Positions 39,052 through 52,592 are shown, counted from the whole stretch's first letter. The stretch: 63,679 nt of DNA, filler included, from Choristocarpus tenellus KU-1152 (GCA_964200185.2; 9 parts of 9 records of this genome joined end to end with filler, not necessarily neighbours in it); one strand, 5' to 3'. Numbers and translations: made by a program. The notes: a model not told the origin generated them from the letters alone.

Positions 39052-40084
39052 AGTCAACCTTTATACTGGAGTTGTTTGTTGAGTCCACCATTCGTTCGAA
39101 TTTGGACTTGGCATGATTTGGGCAACAGACTAACATTTTCACCCCAAACAGGAGTACTGAAATTGACCCGCTTGAACAAAGTTGAGGATGATGATACACC
39201 TTGCGAGCCCTTGAACACAATAGGCAAGCAATGGCAATTTAGGACCGATCGGTACGAAGGCCTCGCAAGTTGGAAAAGATCTCAACCTGTGCTAAATTAA
39301 GTATAATCATGTTTGGATACTCTGGGATGGTATCGTAATCATCGCAAGTAAGCCACGAGAAGGATGGCGTCGGGATACTGAATGCCTTCATAGACAAACT
39401 TGAACGGATCCCCCAAATGCTATATCCAAATTGTCCACAGTCTCAAATAGAAGGGCAATGTTACAGGGAAGTCAACGATTTTTTAGCGAAAGAGCCCCGT
39501 ATATCTTACGGACGAGATAAGATCAATGAATCAACGTAGACAATGAGGTACGCATCTTTGCAGGGCACACAAGACATTCAAACTAGATTTAAGCCGCGAT
39601 GTCTAATTGGCCTCCTTCGTACACCACCGTCATACACCACTCCATTGTTGCATGCTCTGACCTGGAGAGAATCCGTTGGTGGGCGAGATCCTTTCCACTC
39701 CTCCGTTTCGCACTCGTTATCGCACCCACTCTCCTCCATCTTCCTTGATGTACACTGCTACTACTGCATTTTGTGTCTATGGGTTTATTTATACCCCTGA
39801 AGGCGTGTAAGGTGACAAGGATAACAAAGATAAACAATAAAATAATAATATAGTGGTACCAGTACCTCGCCCTCTCGAGTTGTCCCGTCATAACTTTTGA
39901 GGTAGACATCGGCTTTAAAAAGTAAAAGCATATTCGTGATGCCCGTCACAATGCCCTCCAGAGAACGGGCTACATTTTTTTGTTTTCAATCTTTTTTATT
40001 TTTTTGAAGAAAGAGCGATAATATTGGGGTTCGAACCCTGGATTGTTGGTCATCAAGAGTGGCAACAGATGACTATTACTTAAT

Positions 40085-41094
40085 TAAGGTGTAGGGTTTA
40101 AACTGGAAAAAAGCCTCCCTATCCGATCTTCCTGTGTGTTTGCGCACCCACTCTTTGACCTTGGCAAAGATGTCCTCGTCGAGGCCCAGAGCGAAACGCC
40201 TCTCATAGCGCCCTTGCTCTGACACCTTGATGTGGCCCTTAGCAAGTCTCTCTCCCATTTACTCACAGTTTCCTTCCAAACAGCCAGGGCCTGCTGCAAC
40301 TGGCGACTACTCAGATATTCTACACCCGGGTTTTCGCTTAGGCGTTTCCTGAGCGCAATGGCATGTAGTCACACTGCTCTCCTCCCTAACCTTCCCTTCA
40401 ACCGACCACTCTGGTTCTCCCTTTGCCTGCCGTGACCAGACTTCCCCACAGACTTAATCACTGTACCACACCTGGTGATGGACTTGCTGTTCTCTTCCTG
40501 CTTTCCCAAGGCGGCAGAGACTGCGGAGCAGTGCTCCGATGTGGTTGAAGACCCAACCACGTTTGTGTGGTAATGCTTTCAATGCATCTTCTCTCAGCGT
40601 CAGTCGCGACCGCATCGTCCATTTCGCGATTTGATCATGCTGCTGCACCACACTACTTGCACTTTCTCATCACCTAACATCGCTCTGAGTTTCACACGGT
40701 ACTTGTTTTTCCAGCCCCTCTCAACAGAGAAGGTGCCAAGGGTAGATCCTGGGGGCAAAGTGGCCTCGGTGACTCTCCTTGTCTCACCGTCGTAGTTCAT
40801 GTTGTTGAGTAAGTCACGTGTGTGTGTGCTCACAGAAAGTCTGTAAAAGGCGTAAAAAGATATCTGGAAACCTTGGATTTTTTTCAGGAACATCACAGCA
40901 GCCAAACTTGGACAGGGACCTACCCCGGACCAATTTTCTGCAAGGAGTTCAGCCAACCACTTTATTTTTGTTGATTTTGAAGTCGTGACCTTCAAACTTG
41001 CGCTGGAGATATTCCCCCGCGTTTTTTCCATTGTTTGATTGAGACATACCTGCCGTTCCCCAAAGTTGAAACAAAATCCAGTACAACTCTTCAA
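40085..41094 (-). mobile_element. Degenerate transposase-like remnant
   Basis: Frameshifted ORF pieces ending in SKWERDL.../SEQGRYERRFALGLDEDIFAKVKEWVRKH, resembling the N-terminal region of some DDE (Tc1-like) transposases; no catalytic core seen. Confidence 0.35.
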
Positions 41095-43074
41095 AAGCTC
41101 TTGCCATACCCTTTCATTATATATATATATATATATTGTTGTATATCTGTTGTGAAGTTCCCGTAAACAAATTCAAGATTGCCACAGAGGGCGAAGCTAC
41201 TGGCACCACTTTTCTGTACAAATATTCGATTATTTCAAATACAGTAAGGTGGTTGTGAAATATACGGTAAACGAAAATCAGTCAACCGTTTTCCTGGTCA
41301 GACAGTTAGAATTGACGTCGTCTTTGTTGATTCTCTTGTACTCGTTCATTGGGATTGTTATGGATTACAGAATTTTGTTGTAGTCATCCACTGCATTGAT
41401 AGGGGGAGATGGGGAGGAGGATCGTCAGAATTTTTTTTCTATAAGCTCTTGGTCTGCCTACTTGTAACGTGGTAAGTGCAGGCTTCATCTGCTCGACGCA
41501 GTCATCACAACCCACGGTAGGTAGGAGCTACACCAACAGATCTTGTCATGGGAAAACTGACCTTTGAAGTGCTAATACGGCAAGAAATCAGTTGTGAACC
41601 ACCGAGAGACCCTTTGTCTTCTGTGATAGGAACATTGGCTATATGGATCTATACGAGTTGGAACCCTAGAGATCTCTTGCTTGATCGATCTTGTGATACA
41701 CACGTTGAAGACACCCCAGCACAGTGCAAAATTACGTGGGAAGAGACAAACTTCTGTTGCACTACAAATTGCCTTTTGTGATCACAATTCTCAGAACCAC
41801 TCGAAGTCCCTACAAATCCTCTCCTCACAAGAACTAATCTCCAACTACCCTACATTTGAATCTTGCTGTGAGATGACTGGCTTATTGTTGGAGTAACCTC
41901 TCTATTCCAGGAGTTGGAAACGCCATGAGGGATATCATGGCGAGGTTTTGTGGGAGAAGACTGAAAATAATGCTACATTGCGGTTACACATGTACTCACA
42001 AGAACCAAAATGACTACAGAAGAAATAGGTTACAAATGTGATTGTCAATCAGCTTCATTTGGTAGTACTAATGATCCTCTGCCTTTGCGCATAAATATTG
42101 ATATTATTACATATACACACAAACATACACATCGAGCATCCTCCTACTCTGATGTTAAGAAGGTGAAGCTTGTCTTTTCGGATTTAATCTTACGCTCTGA
42201 CTCGACAGTAAATTCCGTACCAAGTCATCAACTCTAGGTAAACATGTAAGCACTCTTACTTACTCTGAAACATACACCAACATCTTTCTTAGCCATCTGT
42301 CACAAAATCACGTACAGTCCACAAGACGGATGGGACGCATCCACTCAATATTGAGTGCACTAGCGATTGCTTGACATCCTCACCAATAACAATATTAAGG
42401 ACAGTAGCTCCTAAGAGTAGGGACATCAAGTGATGCGCAAGCTCTCATGACCCTTGCGGTGGCACTATGCCTCAGGGGGGGGGNNNNNNNNNNNNNNNNN
42501 NNNNNNNNNNNNNNNNNNNNNNNNNNNTTAATTAATTAANNNNNNNNNNNNNNNNNNNNNNNNNNNNNNNNNNNNNNNNNNNNCCATTCAGGCCATTTTT
42601 TGGGAGAAGGGGAAGGGGGAGGTGGGGGGGGGGAGACGTCAGGTCAGGAAGTGGTAGATTATTCCCTGTTCTCCTTATCCGGTCCAACATATCCACCTGT
42701 ACCTCACTTCCACCTGCCAATCAAGCTGCTCCACCACCCTACATCCACATAGACCTTTAGGATGTGAGGTGGCATCCCCAAGAGAGTGCATATGCACCAA
42801 CCAGCAATCTGAATCCTGCACCAAGACTTCTCTCCCCCTTTCATACTGTACCTACCCTTGCCTGCGTATCCTGCAATTCTTAGTGATTTTTGATTGATAA
42901 ACCCCAGCATTTGCTTCACACCAAAGTCTTGGTCTCAGTGCAGAGGATTTAATCACAGTTCGTATTACCCCCCCCTCCCACCTGTTCCCCCTGAGTGTCT
43001 GCAACACTTAATCGAACTGCCCATTGGCAAAACTGACTGCTTTGATAATGTCCTGTGGTGGTGTGTTGTCAAAG

Positions 43075-44103
43075 GTGCTCTACCCGCCAATATCAGCTGC
43101 TCTAGTGAAAGGGATGGGCATGGCATCTTACACCCTGGGGCCAGAGGAGTATGAGGCGTTGACTTCTGAACTTCCAGCAATGTCTCCTGTATTGACTGTC
43201 ATCAGATCGGAGGATTTAGCAGGGACATGCCGAGGGGGCCTTCTACAGGATCCTTTCGAGGAGCTTATCCGTAGGCTGGCAAAGAGGGTCAGTGGTGGCG
43301 TGGTGGCTGTGTCGAAAAGTAAGGGAGGAGGTGGTAGTGGAGATGGTGTACAAAGAGGGGGGTTTACTGAATGGGGGGCACTACTCCTCCGTCGGGAGGT
43401 ACGGACACTCCAACAGGAGCTGGCGGGGATGATGGAGACAGACTCACTCAACACAGAATTTGCTGAGGTCAATGAATTGGTGAGAATGAGAACTAGAATG
43501 TTTCACTTGGGTTGCTCTGCGACTCTGTTCTTCCTGCATGTGGCGCTTGTGGTGCACATAATGCACTCACACACCCTGCCCATGCCCAAGGTTTTAATTG
43601 GACACTGCCTACCAAACTTACCTTGTTTGGCAGTGCAACCCCCCTTAAATGAAGAGGTGGGTTATGTGACATCCTCGATGTACCCTTAGCCTCTTCTAAT
43701 CTTTTTCCTACCGGTGTGACCCTGTCCCCGTCCTGGAACCTTAGAGACGCAAAGCTCTACACCACGGAGCTGTCCCGGGTGTTGTACACACGATTCTTCA
43801 TGGTAGTAGGTAGATAGTTCTACATGTGATACACAACCCCACACATTGTTTAGTGGTATCTCCGCGTGTTTTATTGTCTCTGACACTACTGCTCCTCCCC
43901 AGAACCCCCCTCCCCCCCAAACCCGACACCGCTCTCCCCTCTCTTTGCAGGTGCACATTCTCAACCTCGACCACCCTTCCGATGTTCAACATTTTCGACT
44001 GCCTACTGCTGGGGAACCTATGCCTGTGAAGACGGTCCGCGAAATGCTTCATCTCCGGGTGGAGTTCTCAAAAGACTCGATAGAATCAGTTGTTCTGCCC
44101 TAG
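43075..44103 (+). CDS. COG4: Conserved oligomeric Golgi complex subunit 4, C-terminal exons (43075-43479, 43951-44103)
   Basis: SYTLGPEEYE...FTEWGALLLRREVRTL...EFAEVNELVHILNLDHPSDV...VREMLHLRVEFSKDSI* follows the COG4 C-terminal pattern; canonical GT-AG intron. Confidence 0.75.
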
Positions 44104-44527
44104 CGGTTTTTCATAATTTACCTCCTGCACAGGGAAACATATTTTGGGAAAGAAGAAATGAGAGATAGCACATGCCATCCATCACTAGAAGTGAAAATGT
44201 TGATAGTTACTTGGGTTGCTTGGAAGGTCTCCTGCTGCAACCTATTGTAGAGAGTTTGTTTCTGGGATGCGTTCAACTCTGCCTGCCACACTGGTCATAG
44301 CAAGTGCTCTAGAACATACGTAAAGTATTTTGCAATCATACAATAAGTTCTCACCTAAAGGAACTGGAGCTTGTCATTGTGTTCTTTATTGATCATTTGC
44401 TTGTTTGTTACAACAAGAAACCTCAAGTGCCCTCCAGTCTCGCTCTCCACCTTACTCAACACATCCTGTCCAAATCGTTTCACAAATTGCTCTGATCCAT
44501 CCTAACCCCAACAACAACACCTCCTTT

Positions 44528-47500
44528 TCATGAGGATTCCTTGTAGAAAGCCTCCAGAGTTCTCTTTGTAAACTGACTAAAGTTGTTGCCAGGACTCCAT
44601 CTATGGTGAATTGGTGTTGAACCTGGGGGCAGAAGAGACTCTGTGTGCTGTGATATTACAGCCGAAGGATCAGTCCCTCTGTGGCAGGCAAGCAACAGAA
44701 GAAGGTTTGGGGGGGGGGAAAGGGGTGAGGGGGAACGTACAAGAAAAAATTCAGCAGAGGCAGGCAGGAGGGCGAATCAACTGTTGTGGAAAGTTTGCGA
44801 GCAATGCCCATCAAAAAAGAGTCAAAAACAAGAAACAAAAAAATTGTTCTTCAAGCAGTGAAGTTTAGGAGAGGCACCTGGGAAACTGAGCACCAAATTT
44901 GACGTCAAGGATTACCTTCGGACCCAAGCGGTTAATGTATGGGATGGGGAACAGAGCAATGTGGCACAAGGATGTAAGTGTATGGGGGTAAAAAGACACA
45001 AAAAATGAGAGGAAAGGGTGGGGAGGTACTTCAAACCCAATAAAAAGGTGCGTTCTGTTGTGGTTTGTAGGGGAGGGGGGACAAAAGAAAAAACAAACAT
45101 GGTGAGGAATTTGAGACTAAGAGCACGTTTTACCTTGGTGGGGCCATGTCCTCATCCCACTCTGGCTGCATAAACACAGCAAACGACTCCCGGCTCACGT
45201 CTGCACAAAGTCAGGAATCCGTGTGCATAGGGTGCAGGATATAAAATGAGAGTGAAAAGTGTTTCAACAGTTTCAAACCTGTTGAAACATTTCAACCTTG
45301 CATGTTATCATTGAATCGGGTACTCACATAGAGGATGTTCCTAACAACAGGCGGCCCTGCAACAGGACCAAATCTCTTCCTACACAGAGCAATAGTACAT
45401 GCAAATGCCTGCACAATATTTGTTGCAGGTGCAGGTCCCACTTGAAATATCCAGAGATATATACGGTTAGGAACACCATGGTTTTTTCATGTTTACAGTT
45501 ACAGTTACAGTTACGAAAAATGTCCACAGTTAGAATATGGTCCAACGAGACCATTGGTAACCATGGAGATATTGGAAAACCGTGCATATCAGTCAGAAAT
45601 ACTCAACTATATCTTAGGCTCCTATGGGGTACTTTTTACATTGTCAAACTCTACTATCCGTATGTGTTCCATTGGTACTATAACCATACTGTCCAGGTTT
45701 CTCAATGTCGTGACTGTAGCCTAATCATACCTGACTGGGGTTGCCTACGTACCACAACTAAACCGTCCATTGGTACACTGACACACTGTAAAAAATGCAA
45801 AAATATAAATACAGGAACGACTACAATTGCCTCGGAACGAAATCCTGTGTGGAGTAAACACTACATTTAAGCAAGTAGTGGAGTGTAGGTCCCTACCGTC
45901 AACTACTGCATTGTATCGGTCCTACTAAACTCGAATTTTTCTGTTTGCTGTTGACTAGGAAATCGGAACTTGGCAGGGCAATATGGCCCTGTGCATTTAA
46001 CCCAGAACAGCAGCAGTAGGAACTCTACATACACTGTCAATGGTTGTCCTCTTATTTATATCGTACTGCTGACTACGCCTGAATCCCATTTAAAGCACAG
46101 ATCAATCGCTCCCCACTCGTCGTATGAGAGTTGGTGACCCTATGCATCAACGTGCACAAGAACGGCTAAGAGCTCCTCCATTCATTGCTGTGCACGCCTG
46201 TGGAAGGGGCGCACTGTAATCAATCTTGAACAGCATTCTAATAAGTAGATACAGGTATCCAGTTGGGTTTTGGTTCAGTTGATGGTACAGTATGACTACA
46301 AAAATCTGTTGGTGGTTTAAGCAGAAAGGGTGGTATTGATCCGGACTAAATAAATGTATATAGCATCACACCACTCCGCCGACATCCGATTTTTTACTCA
46401 GAAGAAACACAGAATCTTTCGGATTAGATGGCGGCCCTGCCAGACTTTTTTCACACCACTTCAATAAAACAGTCCTGTTGACAATCGTGAAGCAACCTGA
46501 AACCAGTACCGAGCCATCAAAAAACAGAACCCCAACTTCGTACACTGGAGTATACTGTACCATAATATATTGTATATACTGTGCCATAAAAATTGATCTT
46601 CTTATGCATTGATGCCATTGGAGTACCATACCATACGATCCAAATCCCCTCCTCAACTGGTTGTCACCGTGGCAAATGCAACGGCTCTATTTGATACCGT
46701 GACGAAATATCTCACGGTCACACTGCAATATACTGTTAGACAAACCTCCACAGTAAGAAATTGATTGTGTAGCAGAAGCGTAACCGTGTGAATCCCGGAA
46801 GCATCCCTCCATTACTGGGGGGGCAGGGACAACTAACACCAAAAAATTAGCCCTCAGGTCAGTCTAGTCTAGAAAATCTGCTTTACAAAGAGCACGATGG
46901 AAACAGGAACAATACAGCAAGCAGAGCGGCCGATCTTGAAAAAAAAAAAAATCAAGAAAAAAAGCACAAATTCCCTCTTTTTCTTGACAACAGTTGTGTC
47001 ACATCAACAAACACAGCATCCAGTCAACTTGCCGCTACTCATAGCCGATCACATCGACTTTATGTTGATTCATTCACTACACGGTGCCTTGCAAAACGAT
47101 TCACACATGCCTGGCTGCTTGGTGGAACGGACGGCATGTGGAGTGGCCTGCAAAATGCCTCCTGAGAGAATCTGCGTAGTCTCCCCGATCTGGAACATTA
47201 GGCAAGACCACGGCTTGTGCCCTTGAGGCACACCCACTTTCACCAGCCTCCCCTGCGAAAAGTGGTTGAGGTCGGGGTTAGTAGCAAGTAGAGGTAATGT
47301 GAGAGGGTGTCAAACAAGTTGAAGGCATGTATGACATGGGGAGACGAGAGGAATGAGATGGGGAGGTCTAAAGGAAGGGATATCCCATATCGGATGGTAT
47401 GAAACCAGAAAGATGGCAGGAGCGGGGTCTGGTCTGGGGGCTGTCGGTTACAGTCATTCTACTCGTTGGGAGTAGTTGACTTTTTTGAAGCGCTGCAGAA

Positions 47501-49486
47501 GGAACCAAGGTAGGTAGCCTCTGTTTATGAGTCTGAAGTAGGTATTTATGTAACAATATACGTAACTGTCAAATACGTTGACATGGTGACAACTGCCCTG
47601 GTTGTCTTTTGCCACGGCAAGAATCGGTTTGTGTTTGTACGGTTCAGTATTGAAAAATATATATATAAAAAAGAAAATAATTAAAGCACAATTACGGTTG
47701 CAGCTCATTTGACAATACAATACAATATTCTTTTACCAACGGTCAACAATGATAACAGCATGACTCCTTCCATGGTTGTGCATGGGAATTATGCGGGCTA
47801 GAGCCAACGGTCAACAATGATAACAGCATGACTCCTTCCATGGTTGTGCATGGGAATTATGCGGGCTCTAGCCATTCTTGTGCACTGTAACACACAGGGA
47901 CACCAACCACAGTAATGGCAGAGCAAAAGCACATGTGTCAACAAGTTTTGGAGGGAGCCAACCCCACGACCTATGCTCGCAGTACCATGGCTCTAGTGTG
48001 ACAGGTGAACGCTAAAGATTCACCCACTATCACACTACTGATACAACAAATAACAAATATATATACAGTATTACCAGTAGTTACTACTACATGCTCAGTA
48101 GCAATATAGGGAGCTACAGCACAATACCTCCTCAACACAGATCTTCCACAAAACCCGAGTAGCAGCAAGCTGCAAAAACGTCAGTGGGCACAAGAAGATG
48201 CAGTAGTACTGTACCAGATGTAGCTCCTGCATCTCTTATTATACATTATTTTTTGGTCCGTGTACACCACTGGACAGTACAGTTATGCCGTGGACACAGT
48301 GTTAGAACAACTGGATAATCAATCAGGGTAGGAGATTACCATCTGGAGTTCACAGCACGGATGAGCAAAAAGCAACCCCAGTCACCGCAGCCTGGTTAGG
48401 CAATTCTGACAACTATGCACAGCTTTCCAGTATCTCCACATTTGCCCACGGTTTGGTTGTAGATTTATGATAGTAGGGTTGTGCTACAGACAAATCGTGG
48501 ACACCTTTTGCCAAACGTAACTGTATCTGTAACTGTAACTGTAACCGTGAAACAACCACGGTCTTTCTAACTGTGCGGACCCCTGATAGTAGATGCGTGT
48601 ACATTGCAAAACCAGTTTTTTTCTTTTTCAAGAGATTTCTATACGCTCAACCCCATCCCTCCCCTCCATGGCACTGCTATTTAGTCGCTTGCATCGGCAC
48701 AACAAGCACATTTTGCTAGGGGGAAATAACATTCGCAATTGTCGTACTTGTGGGGCATGGGAGGGTTTATCAATAGGTAGCATCCACAGCAGTTACCTGT
48801 CGAGAGACGATGTACAAGCCGCAGAGGGGATCTTTGGGGTCTGTTTCTTCTCCAGCTTGGTTGAGAAACATCCCTGGAACTAGACCTGGAAGCAACACCC
48901 ATTTCCCCAAAAAGCATAGGACAGGGGACAGAGTGGGAATTCGGCCCCGACAACAGAAAAACCAGGAATAACAGCTGCCCACATAAAAACGCATACGATG
49001 TAGAATACATATTCTCATCATGGAATTCAACCCACCCCCCTGTCCCTAAAAACACACTCAAACAACATGCACAAGTCACTGTCTGCACTATCAAAAATAA
49101 TACACTCACACACACCTGTAAGCAAGCTGTGGTCGTTATGCCAGCCACACCATCCCGAGAACCTTTCATCCCCCTTGACAAAGACTTCATATTCTTCCAG
49201 TGATCCACCCTTGTCCCCACCTTCCCCATCCACCTTAGTTGCTCCAGCTTTTTCCATCCCTCCCCTCCATGCAGCATCACGCTCTACACCCTCTTCAGGT
49301 CTCGAAACTCCTGCCTCTTCCAGCTTTCCTTCCCCTTCCTGTCCTCCACATGCTTCGTTCTGCACGGATCCTGGGGCTGAGGTGGGGAAATAGTGGAGCA
49401 GTCGCGCTTTGCAGCAGCAAGAAGAGGACACAATCCGAGCCAGCTTGCCCTCCTCGTAACAGCCAGGCTTTCTTTCTTCCACATGC
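44528..49486 (-). CDS. IPNS/clavaminate-synthase-like 2OG-Fe(II) oxygenase, 5'-partial. Exons: 49486-49116, 48885-48797, 47252-47111, 45200-45134, 44678-44528
   Basis: KARLLHYFP, WCGWHNDHSLLTGL (HxD), FQIGETTQILSGGILQATPHAV (distal His), VSRESFAVFMQP (RxS); ends RWSPGNNFSQFTKRTLEAFYKESS*. Confidence 0.92.
47736..47867. repeat. Recent tandem duplication, period 68 bp
   Basis: 64-nt identical units start at 47736 and 47804 (CCAACGGTCAACAATGATAACAGCATG...GCGGGCT). Confidence 0.95.
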
Positions 49487-49882
49487 CTGCGAGTTGGGGG
49501 TGGATACAATATACACACGTCCATGAGGATGTGCATCAATACATGTGTTTGTGTTTGTGTTTGTGTTGTTTTATGGGTGTGAGTGTGTAATGCTCTCTTG
49601 TGTGCGTTGATCGGACAGTCATTGGTGAAGATGGAGAAACAGACCACAGGGGGGGGGGAGGGGAGAGAGCTTGCAAATGAACATGCTGCTTTTGTAGTTG
49701 TCTTGAAGAGGTTCGCGTAGTGCTTGNNNNNNNNNNNNNNNNNNNNNNNNNNNNNNNNNNNNNNNNNNNNTTAATTAATTAANNNNNNNNNNNNNNNNNN
49801 NNNNNNNNNNNNNNNNNNNNNNNNNNCCCAAAAAAGTGAAAATCGAAAAAAGGGTGAAAGACGGACGCTGATACCCCCCCCC

Positions 49883-50057
49883 TCCCCCAGATACCTTGAC
49901 CCTCTGAATTCTGTCAAGAGGTTTCAAACTACAGAGTCAATGCTCTCAACTCAAAATTGGCAATTCATATAGATATATGGGTGCTTGAAAAAATTGCAAA
50001 AAATGACTTAATATGCAGAATGTCCAATACCTGGGTACCTCTCATTTACTTTGCCTA
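49883..50057. mobile_element. Right part of a MITE family C copy, abutting a B-like TIR
   Basis: Aligns with 3105-3263; ends CCTGGGTACCTCTCATTTACTTTGCCT. Confidence 0.7.
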
Positions 50058-50576
50058 AACATCAATGACACAGGTTCCATTCTTGTCAGTCCTCCGATTT
50101 TTTAACCAAAACATAGATTAAGCAATCCATTCTGTCCATACTATAGTCGTTGGCATGTTTCAGCTGTGGCAATCGCACACCAGAACTTCCAACCACGGGA
50201 GAGTGTTAAAAAAATTTCAGCATTGAGTTCAAGGGATATGGGGCATGATACAAGCATTTAAACAATTCCAGTTTGCTGTGTACTACATCAAATCGATAGA
50301 AAAGCCCTGTTGTTTATCATGATCGATCCCCTCAACCTTGGCATGCCTCTACAGACATCAGGGTGGATGCCCTTATTGAACTATCCAAATGGTTGACTTG
50401 AAATTTTCTAAGATTGAGGGGCAAGGGTAATTGTACAGATAGTATCATACATGCCATTGAACTACTCTGTATATCAGATTGAATCAATAGGAATCACTTA
50501 CCCCACAGCATCACATATTCACCCTTAGTACTATTCTTGTGACACAAGGGGATTCAGTAGGCTGATATTGACCTAC

Positions 50577-52592
50577 CACCCCTGTAATCCAGCTGTTGTG
50601 CTCCCACAGCTGGGAGAGGAACCGAATGTTCTTGATCTTGTGCGCCATGGACCACTCCTGAATACTGCCATTTGATGAGCAGCAAACCATACTGCGGTAG
50701 AACATATGGGGAATTGAGAAGTTGATGGACAACTAGAGGGGAAACCTTGAACTAACATTGTCACGAATTTAAGAGGTGAGAGTGACAGCATCTCAGAGAG
50801 TACGAATTATTCCCTGTTTTGTCCATTTGGGGTATACCCTTTTGGCTTCCCACATTTTTTTTAATAATGACATTTTTCCCACTTCGAAATGTTTCAAAGT
50901 AGGTAAAATGTGTACGTTATGAAGAGATGTGTTCGGAACATGGATATTGATACTTCCTAACAAAAAAGATAGCCAAAACTGCATCAAAATCGAAACATCG
51001 GATTCAGCCGCCAAACGGACGCAGCCCTACCCTAACCCTAACCCTAAGATACTTTGACTCGTGACCATGCTGTCAAGATGGAGGTGGTAGAGGAAGTTGA
51101 AAGGAAAACGTATCCTGTTGGCTAAGATTGACATGCTGGACATTCTATATGTGCATTTGTTGATTTTCGTGTCATGAGTCAAAGTACCTTAGAGGGTAGA
51201 TCCGCGTCCATTTGGGGACCAAAATCCCATGTCGTCATTTTAATGTGATTTTGGCTTTCATGTTTGTTAGGAGATGGCGATGACCTTGTTCCGGACACAC
51301 CTTTTCGTAAGGTATACGTTTTACCCTCAACCCTAACTCCTAAACATTTTGGAGTAGGTAAAGTGCCATAAAAAACCCGTGGGGAGCCAAGCCCCAAATG
51401 AACGAACAGCAAAAAACTCGTACCCTCTCTTAATAAGATACTTTATAACTCTCCTATCCCGCTCTTCTCATTCTTGGCACAACTCTTAACAGAGCGCATC
51501 AGCGCGAACACATCCCTGCACACACTGAATTTACCATGCCCTCAAAAAAAATATTATGACTAAGACGGTGTGCATGAGAAGGGAGATTTTTTTTTTCCAA
51601 TGAATTCAAGCAATTTGTTGAAATTGTCGGAATTCATAAGGACCTAGTTGGGATATGTTCCATTACACCCTCCTGAAAGGGGAAAAAGGGCTTGAAACCG
51701 AAGCATATTTTTCAGTCTGACCCAACGTATCTGGGGGGGGGGGTTGTTACACCAGGGTGTCCATTAGGGCCATAACCAGGAAAAGTGCACTTACATTATC
51801 CATCCAACATATGCGACCAAGTCACCCAAAAATTGTGACATGAAAAAATTGAACCCAAATAGACAGCCGCCACCCCCTCCAAGATACTTTGAGCTTCTTA
51901 AACGAAACAAGAAGTTCGGGGGCTGGGCAGAAGAAAGGATGATATCACGCATTTTCCAGTGCTCACGTGATGTCTTGGCTATGGAACACTACTCTTCTCT
52001 GTGACTCTACAATTTACTCACTCACTGGACCCCTCCTGCGCGCCCTTGCTCTAGTCCAATTCTGGAACACAGCACTGAGCCAAAGTATCTTAGAGGGTAG
52101 AGCCCCGCGTCCGTTTGGGGGCCAAACTCCAATGTTGCGATTTTTGATGCAATTTTGGCTATCGTCTTTGTTAGGAAGTCTCAATATATCCTTGTTCTGG
52201 ACACACCTTTTCATAACGTACACATTGTACCTACTCCGAAACATTTTGGAGTAGGAAAAAAATGTAATAAAAAAAACAAACAAACATGGGAGGCCAAGCC
52301 CCCAAATGGAAAAACAGGGCAAAACTCTTTACCATCCAAGATACTTTCACTCTACTACGAAGTCCCTACCGATCAGCTTGTGTATGTACATATTCTCGTT
52401 TTTTAAAATTCTGTATGGAGTCAAGAATGAGAGCTCATTCCTTGCGTGCAGTGAGTCACCTATCATTGACAAGCTTGATCATGGTAAACGGGGCAGTAGC
52501 CCGTATCGCAACACCTTCCGCCTTCCATGTCCTCAACATCTCAGGGGTGGGCTCGACCTCCTCTGGTTTTTTCTCTGGCTCGTGTTCCAGGT
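50577..52592 (-). CDS. Internal exons (52592-52460, 50691-50577) of a WD40-repeat protein
   Basis: Phase-compatible join gives APFTMIKLVNDSMVCCSSNGSIQEWSMAHKIKNIRFLSQLWEHNSWITGV, a WD40-like S.S.DG.I..W ... H...I..V pattern. Confidence 0.6.
50780..51060. mobile_element. MITE family A copy, TSD GTGA, with (CCCTAA)3 in the right TIR
   Basis: Diverged family A TIRs flanked by GTGA. Confidence 0.88.
51176..51451. mobile_element. MITE family A copy (TSD TCAT/TCCT)
   Basis: Family A TIRs with small insertions. Confidence 0.85.
51719..51895. mobile_element. MITE family B copy
   Basis: GACCCAACGTATCTGGGG ... CCAAGATACTTTGAGCT. Confidence 0.85.
52077..52352. mobile_element. MITE family A copy (TSD CACT/TACT)
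   Basis: Family A TIRs. Confidence 0.87.

Noticed and set aside
40020-40080. tRNA-like segment with a GGTTCGAACCC B-box on the minus strand
   Set aside because: No complete cloverleaf or acceptor stem could be folded; at most a SINE-head remnant.
42584-42710. Possible minus-strand exon (GGSEVQVDMLDRIRRTG...) at the contig edge
   Set aside because: Too short and truncated, and it would lie antisense within the COG4 gene; cannot be supported.
45260-45290. Small hairpin TGTTTCAACAG...CTGTTGAAACA
   Set aside because: Short intronic stem with no supporting context.
45298-45870. 190-aa plus-strand ORF
   Set aside because: Antisense within an intron of the 2OG oxygenase, runs through a repeat, has a non-ATG start and no motif.
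23100-49486. Two 2OG-Fe(II) dioxygenases plus an inositol dehydrogenase as a metabolic gene cluster
   Set aside because: Three separate contigs; no evidence of physical linkage.
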